Below are positions 27,154-36,523 of a stretch of 64,000 bases of DNA, in pieces (within the stretch, counting starts at the first letter, position 1; each line of letters opens with the position of its first letter). The notes beneath the pieces are model-generated. The model worked only from the letters and a program-made list of their open reading frames with translations. It was not told the DNA's origin and made no database searches. A program made the position numbers and the translations under genes. The DNA comes from a virus, in IMG/VR virus record IMGVR_UViG_3300047553_000365, positions 1-64,000 of that record, one strand, 5' to 3'.

Positions 27154-27794
27154 AAGACTTTAAAACATACTTCGAATCTCAACAGATTCCGCCAAAGGTT
27201 TACAATACTATTCTAAACAATCATTTGGCGTTGATTAAGTATATCTATTTTTTAGTTAAAAGAGGAGATGAGATTCCAAAAGAGGTATATGATAAAATTT
27301 TGAAACATCCGGGGATTGCCTTAGATTATGCCATAGCAATGATTAAAAACGAAAGGGTACACCAAATACCAAAAGATGTTAAACAGGTAATGTTGGATCA
27401 AAAGGACTTTTATAAGTACGCCAATACACCTATTTATTTTGCCCAAACATGTGTTCATCATGGAGTGGAAATTCCTAAAGAATTTTTAGAAAAGATAGCA
27501 TTGGCTGAAGGAGGAATAGACGATTTGAGAAGATTTATATTATATCTTATTGAAAATAATAAAGAGGTTCCTCTCATTCTTTTGAATGCAGTTAAAGAGA
27601 TGGCGGGTGCTTTGTATGATATTGCAAAAAGATATGTTAATCGTGGAAAGAGGGTTCCAGAAGAACTTATATCAATCATATCCCAAAATTCATTTGCATC
27701 TTATCAAGTGATGCTTTGGTTGAATAGTATAAGTAGACCAGTTCCAGAAGTTATCAGAAGATCGGGAGAGGAGTGGGAAAAGGATCTGATATGA
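27150..27794 (+). CDS. alpha-helical repeat protein with leader
   Basis: MKDFKTYFES; same repeat. Confidence 0.8.
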   Translation: MKDFKTYFESQQIPPKVYNTILNNHLALIKYIYFLVKRGDEIPKEVYDKILKHPGIALDYAIAMIKNERVHQIPKDVKQVMLDQKDFYKYANTPIYFAQTCVHHGVEIPKEFLEKIALAEGGIDDLRRFILYLIENNKEVPLILLNAVKEMAGALYDIAKRYVNRGKRVPEELISIISQNSFASYQVMLWLNSISRPVPEVIRRSGEEWEKDLI

Positions 27795-28312
27795 AACCGT
27801 TTATAGAATATTTTTACGAAGCACAAATTCCTAAAATATTAATAGGGGGTATTGAAAAAAGTCCATACTATGCAAAAGAGTATGCTAAGTTTCTAGTAAA
27901 CAAGGGGGAAGAAGTTCCCGAATCTATTATAAATGCGGTTGCAATTGATATAGATTGGACCTTGGAGTTTACAGAACATCTAATTAAAAATAAAAAACCC
28001 GTTCCCCCGATTTTACATAATAGAATTGTTGGTTATAAGTATAGAGAATATTTGGGGGATTATTATGGTTTATTGTATGTATATCATGGAGAACTATCGG
28101 AAGAACAATGGAATGTAATATGTTCTAATCCCCCAACAGCTTATAGATTTGTTAGAGAATTACATAGTGCAAACTATCCTCCTCCAGTACCAGAAAAAGT
28201 GTTGGATGTTATAGCAGCAGACCGACTTTACGCTAGCAGATATTATGATCTATTACTTAGATACGGTTTAGTGGTTCCCGAAAAAATACGAGCAGCAGTA
28301 AGAAATAGATAA
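27791..28312 (+). CDS. alpha-helical repeat protein with leader
   Basis: MKPFIEYFYE; same repeat. Confidence 0.8.
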   Translation: MKPFIEYFYEAQIPKILIGGIEKSPYYAKEYAKFLVNKGEEVPESIINAVAIDIDWTLEFTEHLIKNKKPVPPILHNRIVGYKYREYLGDYYGLLYVYHGELSEEQWNVICSNPPTAYRFVRELHSANYPPPVPEKVLDVIAADRLYASRYYDLLLRYGLVVPEKIRAAVRNR

Positions 28313-28313
28313 A

Positions 28314-28847
28314 ATGAAAGACTTTAAGACATACTTCGAAGCCCGAAAAATTCCCTACTCTATTATATCTAAAATAGAGAGCAATTCCTATTGGGCCACA
28401 CAGTATGCTTGTCTTTTGATTAGAAAGGGAGAGGATGTTCCTTTATCGACTTTGGAAGCCATCATGCGTGATTCCTATTGGTCATTACAATATGTGAAGT
28501 ATCTAATAAGAAAAGATCAACCCATTCCTGATATGATAGCAGAATTGATTATGAGAATAAGATCCCGACTATCAGAACTATTAATATGGTCCCTTGTAAA
28601 CTATATAGAGATTCCTGAAAAATTCTGGAAGGCTCTAATAAGGAATCATAATGATATATATTTATTTCTTATAGAACTTGAGGATGAACGTAGTGCGGAA
28701 AACGACAGTTTTCAAACCATTCCTGATTTTGTAATCGATGCCATTGCTAAAGATCCCTACACTGTTGCTGTTTATACATCCATTTTAAAAAGGAGAGAAT
28801 TGGAAGTTCCTCCTATTATAGCTCAAGCTCCAACCCGAATCAGATGA
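28314..28847 (+). CDS. alpha-helical repeat protein with leader
   Basis: MKDFKTYFEA; same repeat. Confidence 0.8.
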   Translation: MKDFKTYFEARKIPYSIISKIESNSYWATQYACLLIRKGEDVPLSTLEAIMRDSYWSLQYVKYLIRKDQPIPDMIAELIMRIRSRLSELLIWSLVNYIEIPEKFWKALIRNHNDIYLFLIELEDERSAENDSFQTIPDFVIDAIAKDPYTVAVYTSILKRRELEVPPIIAQAPTRIR

Positions 28848-29365
28848 AAGACTTTAAAACATATTTCGAATCCCGCCAAATACCTGATCCTATTATGAAT
28901 AGGATTAAGCGTAATTATTATTCTTGTATTAACTTTGCAGAATTCTTAATAGAAAAGGGAGAAGAGGTTCCTGAAGATATCTTATTAATTATTTTGAAGG
29001 ATATATATTGGGTACAAGTATTAATTAAACGCTTAGTAGCGTCTCGTTTACCCATTCCAGAAAAATTAATATTTAATGCATCATTATTTCCCTCCACGGT
29101 CCGAGAACTCATCGTTTTCATGGTTCGATACGAAAGAGAGATTCCCGAAAATTTCTGGAAAGCTATGAGTAGTGATCCTCAAATAACCTATGGCCTTATT
29201 AGAGACTTACTGGAAGTTGGAGAAGATATTCCTTCACAGGCCATAGAGATCACTTCCAAGGACGAGAGATGGGCATTTAACGTCAGACACATATTGTTAA
29301 GACACAAACGACATGTTCCCGAAGTATTAAATGCTCCTGCTGATAAATGGGAAGCCAAATACTAA
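28844..29365 (+). CDS. alpha-helical repeat protein with leader
   Basis: MKDFKTYFES; same repeat. Confidence 0.8.
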   Translation: MKDFKTYFESRQIPDPIMNRIKRNYYSCINFAEFLIEKGEEVPEDILLIILKDIYWVQVLIKRLVASRLPIPEKLIFNASLFPSTVRELIVFMVRYEREIPENFWKAMSSDPQITYGLIRDLLEVGEDIPSQAIEITSKDERWAFNVRHILLRHKRHVPEVLNAPADKWEAKY

Positions 29366-29381
29366 ACGGGGCGAAGCCCGC

Positions 29382-29409
29382 TTGACAAACTCCAAAACCA
29401 TGCTATCAT
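29382..29409 (+). promoter_or_regulatory. sigma70-like promoter (copy 1 of a 24-bp duplicate)
   Basis: TTGACAAACTCCAAAACCATGCTA-TCAT, ATG 6 nt after the -10 box. Confidence 0.8.
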
Positions 29410-29415
29410 AACCCC

Positions 29416-29721
29416 ATGAGAGAAATACCCATATTAGGAACAGGATTCTATCGAGAAACCAAAGAGGGAGAATTCACCGAATTTGAATTCTTGGATTTGA
29501 TGTATTGTGTTCAAAATGGTAAATGTTCATGCGCTCGCGCCAAAGATATTATCATGAGAGAAATTCAGGCTCGTCTTGAAAATCCTCCAAAACATGATTG
29601 GTGGGGAGCGGGAGAAGTGGATTGTCCCAAAGAAATTAAATGTGGAAATGGAGAGCTTCACACTATGAGATGTAAAATATGTGGAAAAGATAATCCTCGC
29701 TCTTCTATTTGTTTGGGTTGA
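29416..29721 (+). CDS. hypothetical protein
   Basis: ORF track. Confidence 0.65.
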   Translation: MREIPILGTGFYRETKEGEFTEFEFLDLMYCVQNGKCSCARAKDIIMREIQARLENPPKHDWWGAGEVDCPKEIKCGNGELHTMRCKICGKDNPRSSICLG

Positions 29722-29745
29722 CAAACTCCAAAACCATGCTACAGT
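29718..29745 (+). promoter_or_regulatory. sigma70-like promoter (copy 2)
   Basis: Identical 24 bp, then CAGT; ATG 6 nt after the -10 box. Confidence 0.8.
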
Positions 29746-29751
29746 TTTAGC

Positions 29752-30207
29752 ATGAACCAAGAACTAAACATTAAGGGGCTGCGAGATGCCGAGTATTTAA
29801 GAAAACAAATCGTGATTAATTCCGGGGATGGCTATTCCAATGCCTGTGTACAGGTAGCCATTAATGTAATGAAATATCTGGATGAGCATCCGACAGAGTA
29901 TGAAATCGGGTATTACCCCAATATGAACACCACTCATGGTATTATATGCCATTGTGACGATCAGGGAGGAATTACAGGATTCATGGCTAGTGCCGCAAGA
30001 AACATCGTAGCCGTTGCCTATAAGGATGGGTGGAAGTTCTATTTGGCCGATACTCTGTCAAAATACGACATTGAACATTCCGATAGAATTAATGACAGAA
30101 TTGATAATATTCTGAAGTCCGATGCCTATAATAATTTAGAGGAGAAAGAAGTAAGAGAATATGTAAACGATCTTATTAAGAGATATAAGGAAAACAATCC
30201 AGAATAA
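29752..30207 (+). CDS. hypothetical protein
   Basis: ORF track. Confidence 0.75.
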   Translation: MNQELNIKGLRDAEYLRKQIVINSGDGYSNACVQVAINVMKYLDEHPTEYEIGYYPNMNTTHGIICHCDDQGGITGFMASAARNIVAVAYKDGWKFYLADTLSKYDIEHSDRINDRIDNILKSDAYNNLEEKEVREYVNDLIKRYKENNPE

Positions 30208-30529
30208 TGAAGATGTGGAACACTATTATTTGTTGGTTAATGCATTCCAAGAGAACTCTGGTTGCTGCATATAGTAATAGAACTCATCGATGGAAATGTC
30301 AACAATGTAGTAGAGAATGGGATGATTGATTATGAAACAATTCTTTAAATATGGTGTGAAATGGTAAGGGGAATTGCGGGAACAATAGCAGCCTTTGCAG
30401 TAGTAATCGCTCCCCTTGCAGGAATAGCATATCTCATGAAAAATTATTCGCCTTGGTGGGGACTACTACTTCCTCTATATGCATCCATAATACTTACTTT
30501 AATGACAATGGCAGATATAGACTAAACAT

Positions 30530-30847
30530 ATGAAAATACCTCAAGCAGAATTTAAATTTGGCCAAAGAGTTCTAGTAACTTGGCACGAATCAGAATGTCA
30601 ACCTACTGTGGGAACCATAACGGGAATCAATTACGACCACCGTAGAGATAAAGAACCCATATATACCATTACGGAAGACAATGGTGAACAGACTGATTAT
30701 ATTGATGAGAATATGATAAGTCCCATTCTATTGAGAGAAGAATTGGATTCCCTCAGAGGAGTGGGACAATGGGTGGATGAGAACGATCATTCTCAAGGAT
30801 ATATCTATTGTCCTTATATACCCGATTTTTCAAATAAAAATATATAA
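30530..30847 (+). CDS. hypothetical protein (SH3-like N-terminus)
   Basis: FKFGQRVLV...VGTITGI. Confidence 0.65.
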   Translation: MKIPQAEFKFGQRVLVTWHESECQPTVGTITGINYDHRRDKEPIYTITEDNGEQTDYIDENMISPILLREELDSLRGVGQWVDENDHSQGYIYCPYIPDFSNKNI

Positions 30848-30868
30848 TTAACGAACCAAATAATTAAT

Positions 30869-31129
30869 ATGAAAACATTCCACATATACAAAAGACCTAA
30901 TTACAAGGAAGGATACCATTGGATCGTAAAGGTAAAGTATCCCTTTTCAAAGAACCCAGAGATATGTTCAAACAAACACTTCTCTCTATATAATGGTATT
31001 TCTGAGGAGTGGTATTGTAAAGAGTTTAGTTCCTTGGAGAATGCTAAAGAAGCTGTTTATGAATATAGAAGGTTCTTAGGGTTTGAAGAAATTGAGGAGA
31101 AGGTTATTGAGGATAAGGATGAGTTTTAA
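30869..31129 (+). CDS. hypothetical protein
   Basis: Last plus-strand ORF before the strand switch. Confidence 0.65.
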   Translation: MKTFHIYKRPNYKEGYHWIVKVKYPFSKNPEICSNKHFSLYNGISEEWYCKEFSSLENAKEAVYEYRRFLGFEEIEEKVIEDKDEF

Positions 31130-31313
31130 GTCGCCATAGGGAAAATTTCGAAAAAATTGGTAAAAAATTTTTTTAACTTGAAAATCGCAGTAGGAAAAAC
31201 TTCGAAAAATTTCCGTTAAATTTTACACTGGCCCCACCCCAAAAAGCAAAAATCCACCCCCCTAGTCCAATTTTGAACAGGAGGGTGGGTAATCGGGGGG
31301 TTTTAATGTGTCC
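31130..31313. other. non-coding convergence region with homopolymer tracts and inverted repeats
   Basis: Two TTCGAA-centred A/T palindromes; C tracts pairing with GAGGGTGGG; transcription converges here. Confidence 0.6.
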
Positions 31314-31377
31314 TTACTCCTCCACCTTGGAATGATTAAGGATTAGGGGGGAGGGTTTGACCCTCCCCCCATTAGTA

Positions 31378-31713
31378 TCAGCCTTGGCCGATGATTTCCG
31401 CGATTTGCGCCTCATCCATGCCAGCAGCGCGGAGCTTGTCGGCAAGTGCATTGACTTTGGTTTGCAGGGCTTCCACTTCCGCAAGGGAGGCAGATCGACG
31501 GGTGCGAGTTTCACGAAGGCTCAATTCGCGCTCGCATTCCTTGGCAAGCTTCTTAGGCTCCGCTTCGGCCAGAGCCACAAGAGCATTGACGAATTCACGC
31601 TCGCTCATTTCCAAGCTTTCCTTCGTTGCGGAAGGGGCTGAGAAATTGGCTTTCGTGGTTTGAATGAATGCCTTAGCGGTTTCACTGACTGCGATATGGT
31701 ATTGCTTTTGCAT
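31378..31713 (-). CDS. GC-rich helical/coiled-coil hypothetical protein
   Basis: MQKQYHIAVSET...; visibly higher GC than flanks; TTGCAA-17-TTTACT upstream. Confidence 0.7.
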   Translation of the reverse strand: MQKQYHIAVSETAKAFIQTTKANFSAPSATKESLEMSEREFVNALVALAEAEPKKLAKECERELSLRETRTRRSASLAEVEALQTKVNALADKLRAAGMDEAQIAEIIGQG

Positions 31714-31982
31714 TGTCGTATTTTTTCTAGGGGTTGGAGTTAGGTAGCTATGCCTTATTGCTTCGCTGACCGTGCCACTAGTAAACCATAGGCCATTCCC
31801 CCTTGCAATACTTTTTTGCATTTATTTTTGACCTATTTTTTCCTGTTCACTTGAACACTGATTCGCAGAGTGGTGGGGGTGGTTTTAATTTAATTTCTCC
31901 CTAACAATTAATAAAATTTTGAGACTGGTTTTAATTTAATACTTCCCAAGGTAGTCAAACAAATGTTGGGAATGGTTTTAAT

Positions 31983-32357
31983 TTAATCTGCTATATCGAT
32001 GGCAAAGGTAGGAATATCCTTAATCATCTTAGTAACTTCTGATCTAAGTTCATCGATAGTAAGTGTTACTACATCCATATAACAACCCTCCATAAAGTTT
32101 ACAATATCTTCCATGGAGGTCCAAGTAGTAAGAGGAAAGGTAGTAACATGATGATCTAGGACAAGAACATCAAACTTAGCTAGAGTATAGACATTCTTCT
32201 TTTGGTCAAAGACAATGATATGCTTATAGCTACTGTCATTTGTATTTCCCCAATAGCCTAGAATGGGTAGAACGAAATACCTATCATTATAATCCATGGC
32301 AAAGAATCCATCATTCATGGAAAATACAAAGGAAGTCAACAAAGGATGAGTGTTCAT
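31983..32357 (-). CDS. hypothetical protein
   Basis: Internal ATG of track ORF. Confidence 0.6.
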   Translation of the reverse strand: MNTHPLLTSFVFSMNDGFFAMDYNDRYFVLPILGYWGNTNDSSYKHIIVFDQKKNVYTLAKFDVLVLDHHVTTFPLTTWTSMEDIVNFMEGCYMDVVTLTIDELRSEVTKMIKDIPTFAIDIAD

Positions 32358-32550
32358 GTTTCTATTATTTAATGTTTTTCTTGGGGAGTTTGCAACGCCT
32401 GTGCATACGATCATACACAGGCGTTGCTATTGTCCACTCCATACGATTTCCCCTACCGCATGAAAGTTGTCAGATTAACAAAGTTATTATTTCATGGTAT
32501 TAATATTATTATCAAAAGAATATTATTATGATCGTGATAGGTAATAGTGT

Positions 32551-34098
32551 CTAGTCGTTAGTAGAATTATTACGAGTAGGAACATTAGTAATATATACCA
32601 ACTCATTCATTGCACGGGTAATGGCTACATATTCCAGATTCTTTTCCTGTTCTTGTTGCCAATCCATGACAGCAAACTTGTTAGGCATAAAGTCACGATT
32701 GCCTAGATTAAAGCAACGCTTCCATTCCAAGCCCTTAGCCTTATGAATGGAGGACAAAGTTACAACCTTGGGAAGTCCCTTATCCCCATAGTCTGAAAAC
32801 ATGGAATCAATAAGTTTGGCAAGTTCCCAAGTAGTTGTCATTCCAATCTCTTGCGCTCTTTCAATAAGGACAATCATACATTGCATCTTATCTTCCAGCA
32901 TTTGCATCTTTACACGGGAAGCCTTAGAGAATTCCTTGTCGAAATATTCCACCAACTTTTTGGTAAATTCATTGATTTCAGTAATGGACTTCCACTTATT
33001 ACACAGAGAAACCAAGCTCTTACCAATATCTCTTCCCTCAATACGGCATCCGATTCCTTGACGAATTAGGCGAAAGGCCAAAGATACAAGAGGAGCATTG
33101 TTTCTACAGATAATACCATCGTGGTCATTAAACTTATAATCTCTAAGAGCAGCCACAAATTCGTCATACTTAATGCTAGTAACAATTCCATCGATAGCAT
33201 TATCCTTGGCTTGAATATCAGGGACAAGATACTGGGCCTCCTTAATAATGTTATTACCACAGCGGTAACAAATAGGCAGAGCAAATTCCTGACAGTTGAA
33301 AGCTTCTTTAATGATATTCATGGAATCATTCTCTGCGCCAGTAAATCCATAGATGGCTTGCTTATCATCTCCAATAGCCAGAAACCTTGAAGTAGGTTTA
33401 AGCATTCTCTGTGCAATAAGTTTTCTTACTGCATTGGTATCCTGTGCTTCATCCACGATAACCCAATCATACTTAGTAATGGGAATATTAAGTAGAATGG
33501 GAAGATAGACCATATCATCAAAGTCAATCTCTTTTGTGTCCCGATTGGAAGTATTAAGGACTTGTTTGCAAACATCCAAAATAGCCCCCATTTCAATATC
33601 AGCATCAAAAGAGATATCATGATGAGCATACAAGTCCATCCATGCTTGGTCGTCATTAATAGCAGGAAGTCCCTCAATTCCAAAACCTGCCTGTTTAGCA
33701 AGACTTACCATCTTAAGGACAAATTGCAGACACTTTCTTTCCTCCTTACCCACAAGCTGACTATCTGCAATGTAATAAACCTTGGAGTTATTAACCTTCA
33801 TTCTACCAAAGGTATTTTTAAGGTTAAAGAATCCTTCTGCATGAAAGGTAGCAGCCTTGCAATTACTGATTCCCATGGCTTTAACCTTTTCTTCCAGTTC
33901 CACCGCATTCTTCTTATTGAATGTCATGGAGATAATGGAACCAGACATTTTAGCCATTCCATGTAGGGCAGTAAAAGTCTTTCCAGATCCAGCCCTTGCA
34001 ATTGCAATAGCATTTCCTTCCCCCCTTTCTATCCAATTAAAGATATTTTGCTGATGCTGACTATATACGGTAGGGGTGGGGGCGACAGTGGTTTGCAT
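32551..34098 (-). CDS. SF1 UvrD/Rep-like helicase
   Basis: ARAGSGKT, IVDEAQD, GDDKQAIYGFTGA, YRC, SIHKAKGLEW, YVAITRA. Confidence 0.93.
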   Translation of the reverse strand: MQTTVAPTPTVYSQHQQNIFNWIERGEGNAIAIARAGSGKTFTALHGMAKMSGSIISMTFNKKNAVELEEKVKAMGISNCKAATFHAEGFFNLKNTFGRMKVNNSKVYYIADSQLVGKEERKCLQFVLKMVSLAKQAGFGIEGLPAINDDQAWMDLYAHHDISFDADIEMGAILDVCKQVLNTSNRDTKEIDFDDMVYLPILLNIPITKYDWVIVDEAQDTNAVRKLIAQRMLKPTSRFLAIGDDKQAIYGFTGAENDSMNIIKEAFNCQEFALPICYRCGNNIIKEAQYLVPDIQAKDNAIDGIVTSIKYDEFVAALRDYKFNDHDGIICRNNAPLVSLAFRLIRQGIGCRIEGRDIGKSLVSLCNKWKSITEINEFTKKLVEYFDKEFSKASRVKMQMLEDKMQCMIVLIERAQEIGMTTTWELAKLIDSMFSDYGDKGLPKVVTLSSIHKAKGLEWKRCFNLGNRDFMPNKFAVMDWQQEQEKNLEYVAITRAMNELVYITNVPTRNNSTND

Positions 34099-34194
34099 GA
34101 TTTTCGGTTATTTTCGGGGCTGAATTGCCCTTGAGCCGCCATTGAACCAAATTCCCCCGCCCCCGTCAAGTCGATTTCCGAAAAAATAATTTCA

Positions 34195-34419
34195 TTACTT
34201 CTTCTTAATTCCATCTAGTTCCTGAACCACATACTCAAACATTTTAACTTGTTGGCTTTCATGTTCCAGATCCATATTGATATATTCAAGTAGTAATTCC
34301 TTATTCTCTCCTAGAGCCTTTTCAGTCTTACGAGAAATATGGGTAGTTACTATCATACCAGTAAGAACATTGGTAATAACGATTACAATCAGTAGTATAA
34401 TGTAGGAAGAGCTTTTCAT
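34195..34419 (-). CDS. single-TM hypothetical protein
   Basis: ATG 6 nt after promoter motif at 34435. Confidence 0.65.
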   Translation of the reverse strand: MKSSSYIILLIVIVITNVLTGMIVTTHISRKTEKALGENKELLLEYINMDLEHESQQVKMFEYVVQELDGIKKK

Positions 34420-34425
34420 ATGGAT

Positions 34426-34444
34426 ATTATGGGTCGGTTTTAAT
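34426..34444 (-). promoter_or_regulatory. phage promoter motif ATTAAAACCG-N3-CATAAT
   Basis: One of 19 minus-strand copies. Confidence 0.75.
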
Positions 34445-34558
34445 TTAACTTGTAGGAATATGACCAATTAAAACCATGTTTGTTATATTCGGTTTTAATT
34501 AGGAAGGTAGTAATAGGTTTTAATTTAATACTATATATGGTAGGGTTGGTTTTAATTA

Positions 34559-35020
34559 CTACTGCTTATAGTAGTAATTGGGTTCTGTTTCATCAATACC
34601 ATCATCAAAATATTCTTGGGCAAGTTCTTGAAGATCATTATCTAACTCTTCATAAGAGTAATCCTGATGAGGTTCAATATTAGTAGGCTTAACATCATCA
34701 TTCTCTGCTTCTCTTCTAGCAAGCCATTGATACATTTCCAATCTAGTAGGAAATTCGTATACTTCAAATCCTCTATTAAGAGCTAGTTGAAGAGTGTCCT
34801 TAAGATCATTACTGGCAACAATAGTAGTAATGGCATTTTCTTCCAAGTCTAGAACAGCATAGCTATATGTTTCGTTAGACTTTAGCACAATACCATCATA
34901 CAGAGTTATAACTAATCCGTAGAAGTTATTATAAGAAATATGAAGTATATGACAAGCATTTTCATCAATATCCTCTAAGGCTTTCACATTAACTTTCGAT
35001 TTTTCTAGAATTCTGATCAT
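34559..35020 (-). CDS. hypothetical protein
   Basis: ORF track. Confidence 0.7.
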   Translation of the reverse strand: MIRILEKSKVNVKALEDIDENACHILHISYNNFYGLVITLYDGIVLKSNETYSYAVLDLEENAITTIVASNDLKDTLQLALNRGFEVYEFPTRLEMYQWLARREAENDDVKPTNIEPHQDYSYEELDNDLQELAQEYFDDGIDETEPNYYYKQ

Positions 35021-35219
35021 TTTACTATATTGTTAAAGTTATTATATTTTCAAAGTTATTATATATTCATGATGTAATGGCGATAGTTCCTAACCATATT
35101 ATTATAATGGCTATAACTATTTCTATTGTGAATATGTTTGAATTGATTTTCAATATAGTATAAAATTATTTACTATATTTTAAACCTTTTTCTTTATTCC
35201 CCATTATTTACCTATCTTC

Positions 35220-35266
35220 TGTATTTTAGTGTATTATGGTGTATTACGGTGTATTATTGTGTATTT
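35220..35266. repeat. five TGTATT units at exact 10-bp period
   Basis: TGTATTTTAG TGTATTATGG TGTATTACGG TGTATTATTG TGTATTT. Confidence 0.85.
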
Positions 35267-35275
35267 CCTTGATAC

Positions 35276-35632
35276 TTAAGGACTTTGCTTCAGTCTTTCA
35301 TTCATATTATCCAGTATTTGCTGGTGGGCAATCTTCCGTTCTTCCTCTCTCTTTATCCTCTGTTCCATCCTATGTTTCCACATTTTATTCACCACTTCTT
35401 TCCAATTTCCCACGAAATCATCCACATTTAGAAGCAATGTATTATGGGCATTATCCACAGTATTATCCCAATACTCAATATATAGAGTATCCCCATTAAC
35501 ATAGAAACTTACATGATAAGAATACTTATCCCCCTCAAGAGACAGGTAATAGCTTACAATCTCGTCTGCTCTAAGATACATTTTATTATGTAATGTATCG
35601 TATCGTTCTACTTGTTTTCTACTAAGTTTCAT
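35276..35632 (-). CDS. hypothetical protein
   Basis: ORF track. Confidence 0.7.
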   Translation of the reverse strand: MKLSRKQVERYDTLHNKMYLRADEIVSYYLSLEGDKYSYHVSFYVNGDTLYIEYWDNTVDNAHNTLLLNVDDFVGNWKEVVNKMWKHRMEQRIKREEERKIAHQQILDNMNERLKQSP

Positions 35633-35970
35633 AATTTTGATTTTTGTCCTACCACTTCATAGGTGATTTCTCTTAGAGTTATGGTAAAACTAAATTGCCA
35701 AGAGGAAAGAGTAAAGCAGCATAGTTCTTCACTATATCTTACAGTTTCTCTAATGGTTGTATCTTTACCCTCTCTATAGATAGCTACAATGTCTCCCTCA
35801 TAGATATCTTGATTATTCCTATCCTTTAGTCCAATGTATTGTTCTGGTCTTTCGTGGTCAAAGTCATTGATAATATCCCAAAACTTAAAGTTATCAAATC
35901 CCTGATCGTAATCATAATAATGATACTTCTTCTCATCATTATTCCATACTCTAAATTTAATATTCTTCAT
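35629..35970 (-). CDS. YopX family protein
   Basis: IKFRVWN...EQYIGLKDRNNQDIYEGDIV. Confidence 0.88.
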   Translation of the reverse strand: MKNIKFRVWNNDEKKYHYYDYDQGFDNFKFWDIINDFDHERPEQYIGLKDRNNQDIYEGDIVAIYREGKDTTIRETVRYSEELCCFTLSSWQFSFTITLREITYEVVGQKSKL

Positions 35971-35972
35971 GG

Positions 35973-36221
35973 TTAGTTCTCCCAAGATAAAGGACATTCC
36001 AAATGGTTATCATAGAGGTCCACATAGTTATTCCTATATTTCTCTGCCAGTTCTCTTGCATTGTTCTTTTCTGCTATCAGTCTTTCAATTCTCATAGTAG
36101 CAAGTCCAAGAGTTCCAAATATATGTTCATTTACCAAATCTTTAATATATTCATCTGTGAGTTCTTCTTCATACAGATGTTTAATTAGTCTTTTGGCTAT
36201 GTCTAATTGATAGGGTTTCAT
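35973..36221 (-). CDS. hypothetical protein
   Basis: ORF track. Confidence 0.65.
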   Translation of the reverse strand: MKPYQLDIAKRLIKHLYEEELTDEYIKDLVNEHIFGTLGLATMRIERLIAEKNNARELAEKYRNNYVDLYDNHLECPLSWEN

Positions 36222-36523
36222 AACTTAAGTTTTCTTACTTCGATATCAGGCCATCCGTTCTTTTGTTTTCCCTTGTTAATATGTTCGGAACCTTCGACAA
36301 TGGCTATTCTTTTATATTCCTCCCATTTCATTTCTCCAAAGCTAAATTCAGACAAGGGAGCATCAAGCCATCCTTCATCATATCCATCCCATTTAATATA
36401 TCTTATAAGGTAATATTCTTCCTTCTTATTTTGAACCAGAAGAATAACATCAACTTCCTGATTCTTTTTAAAGGTCAGTTTAGCCTTTGCTTGGGTTGGA
36501 GTTAGCCATTTCATGATTCCCAT
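36218..36523 (-). CDS. hypothetical protein
   Basis: ORF track. Confidence 0.65.
   Translation of the reverse strand: MGIMKWLTPTQAKAKLTFKKNQEVDVILLVQNKKEEYYLIRYIKWDGYDEGWLDAPLSEFSFGEMKWEEYKRIAIVEGSEHINKGKQKNGWPDIEVRKLKL

Noticed and set aside
30800-30847. YIYCPYIP as a major-capsid gp23 C-terminal fragment
   Set aside because: An 8-residue resemblance in a 105-aa unrelated ORF is not enough
31314-31663. Alternative-frame and antisense ORFs (31314-, 31357+, 31391+)
   Set aside because: Shadows of the GC-rich gene 31378..31713; high GC reduces stop-codon frequency
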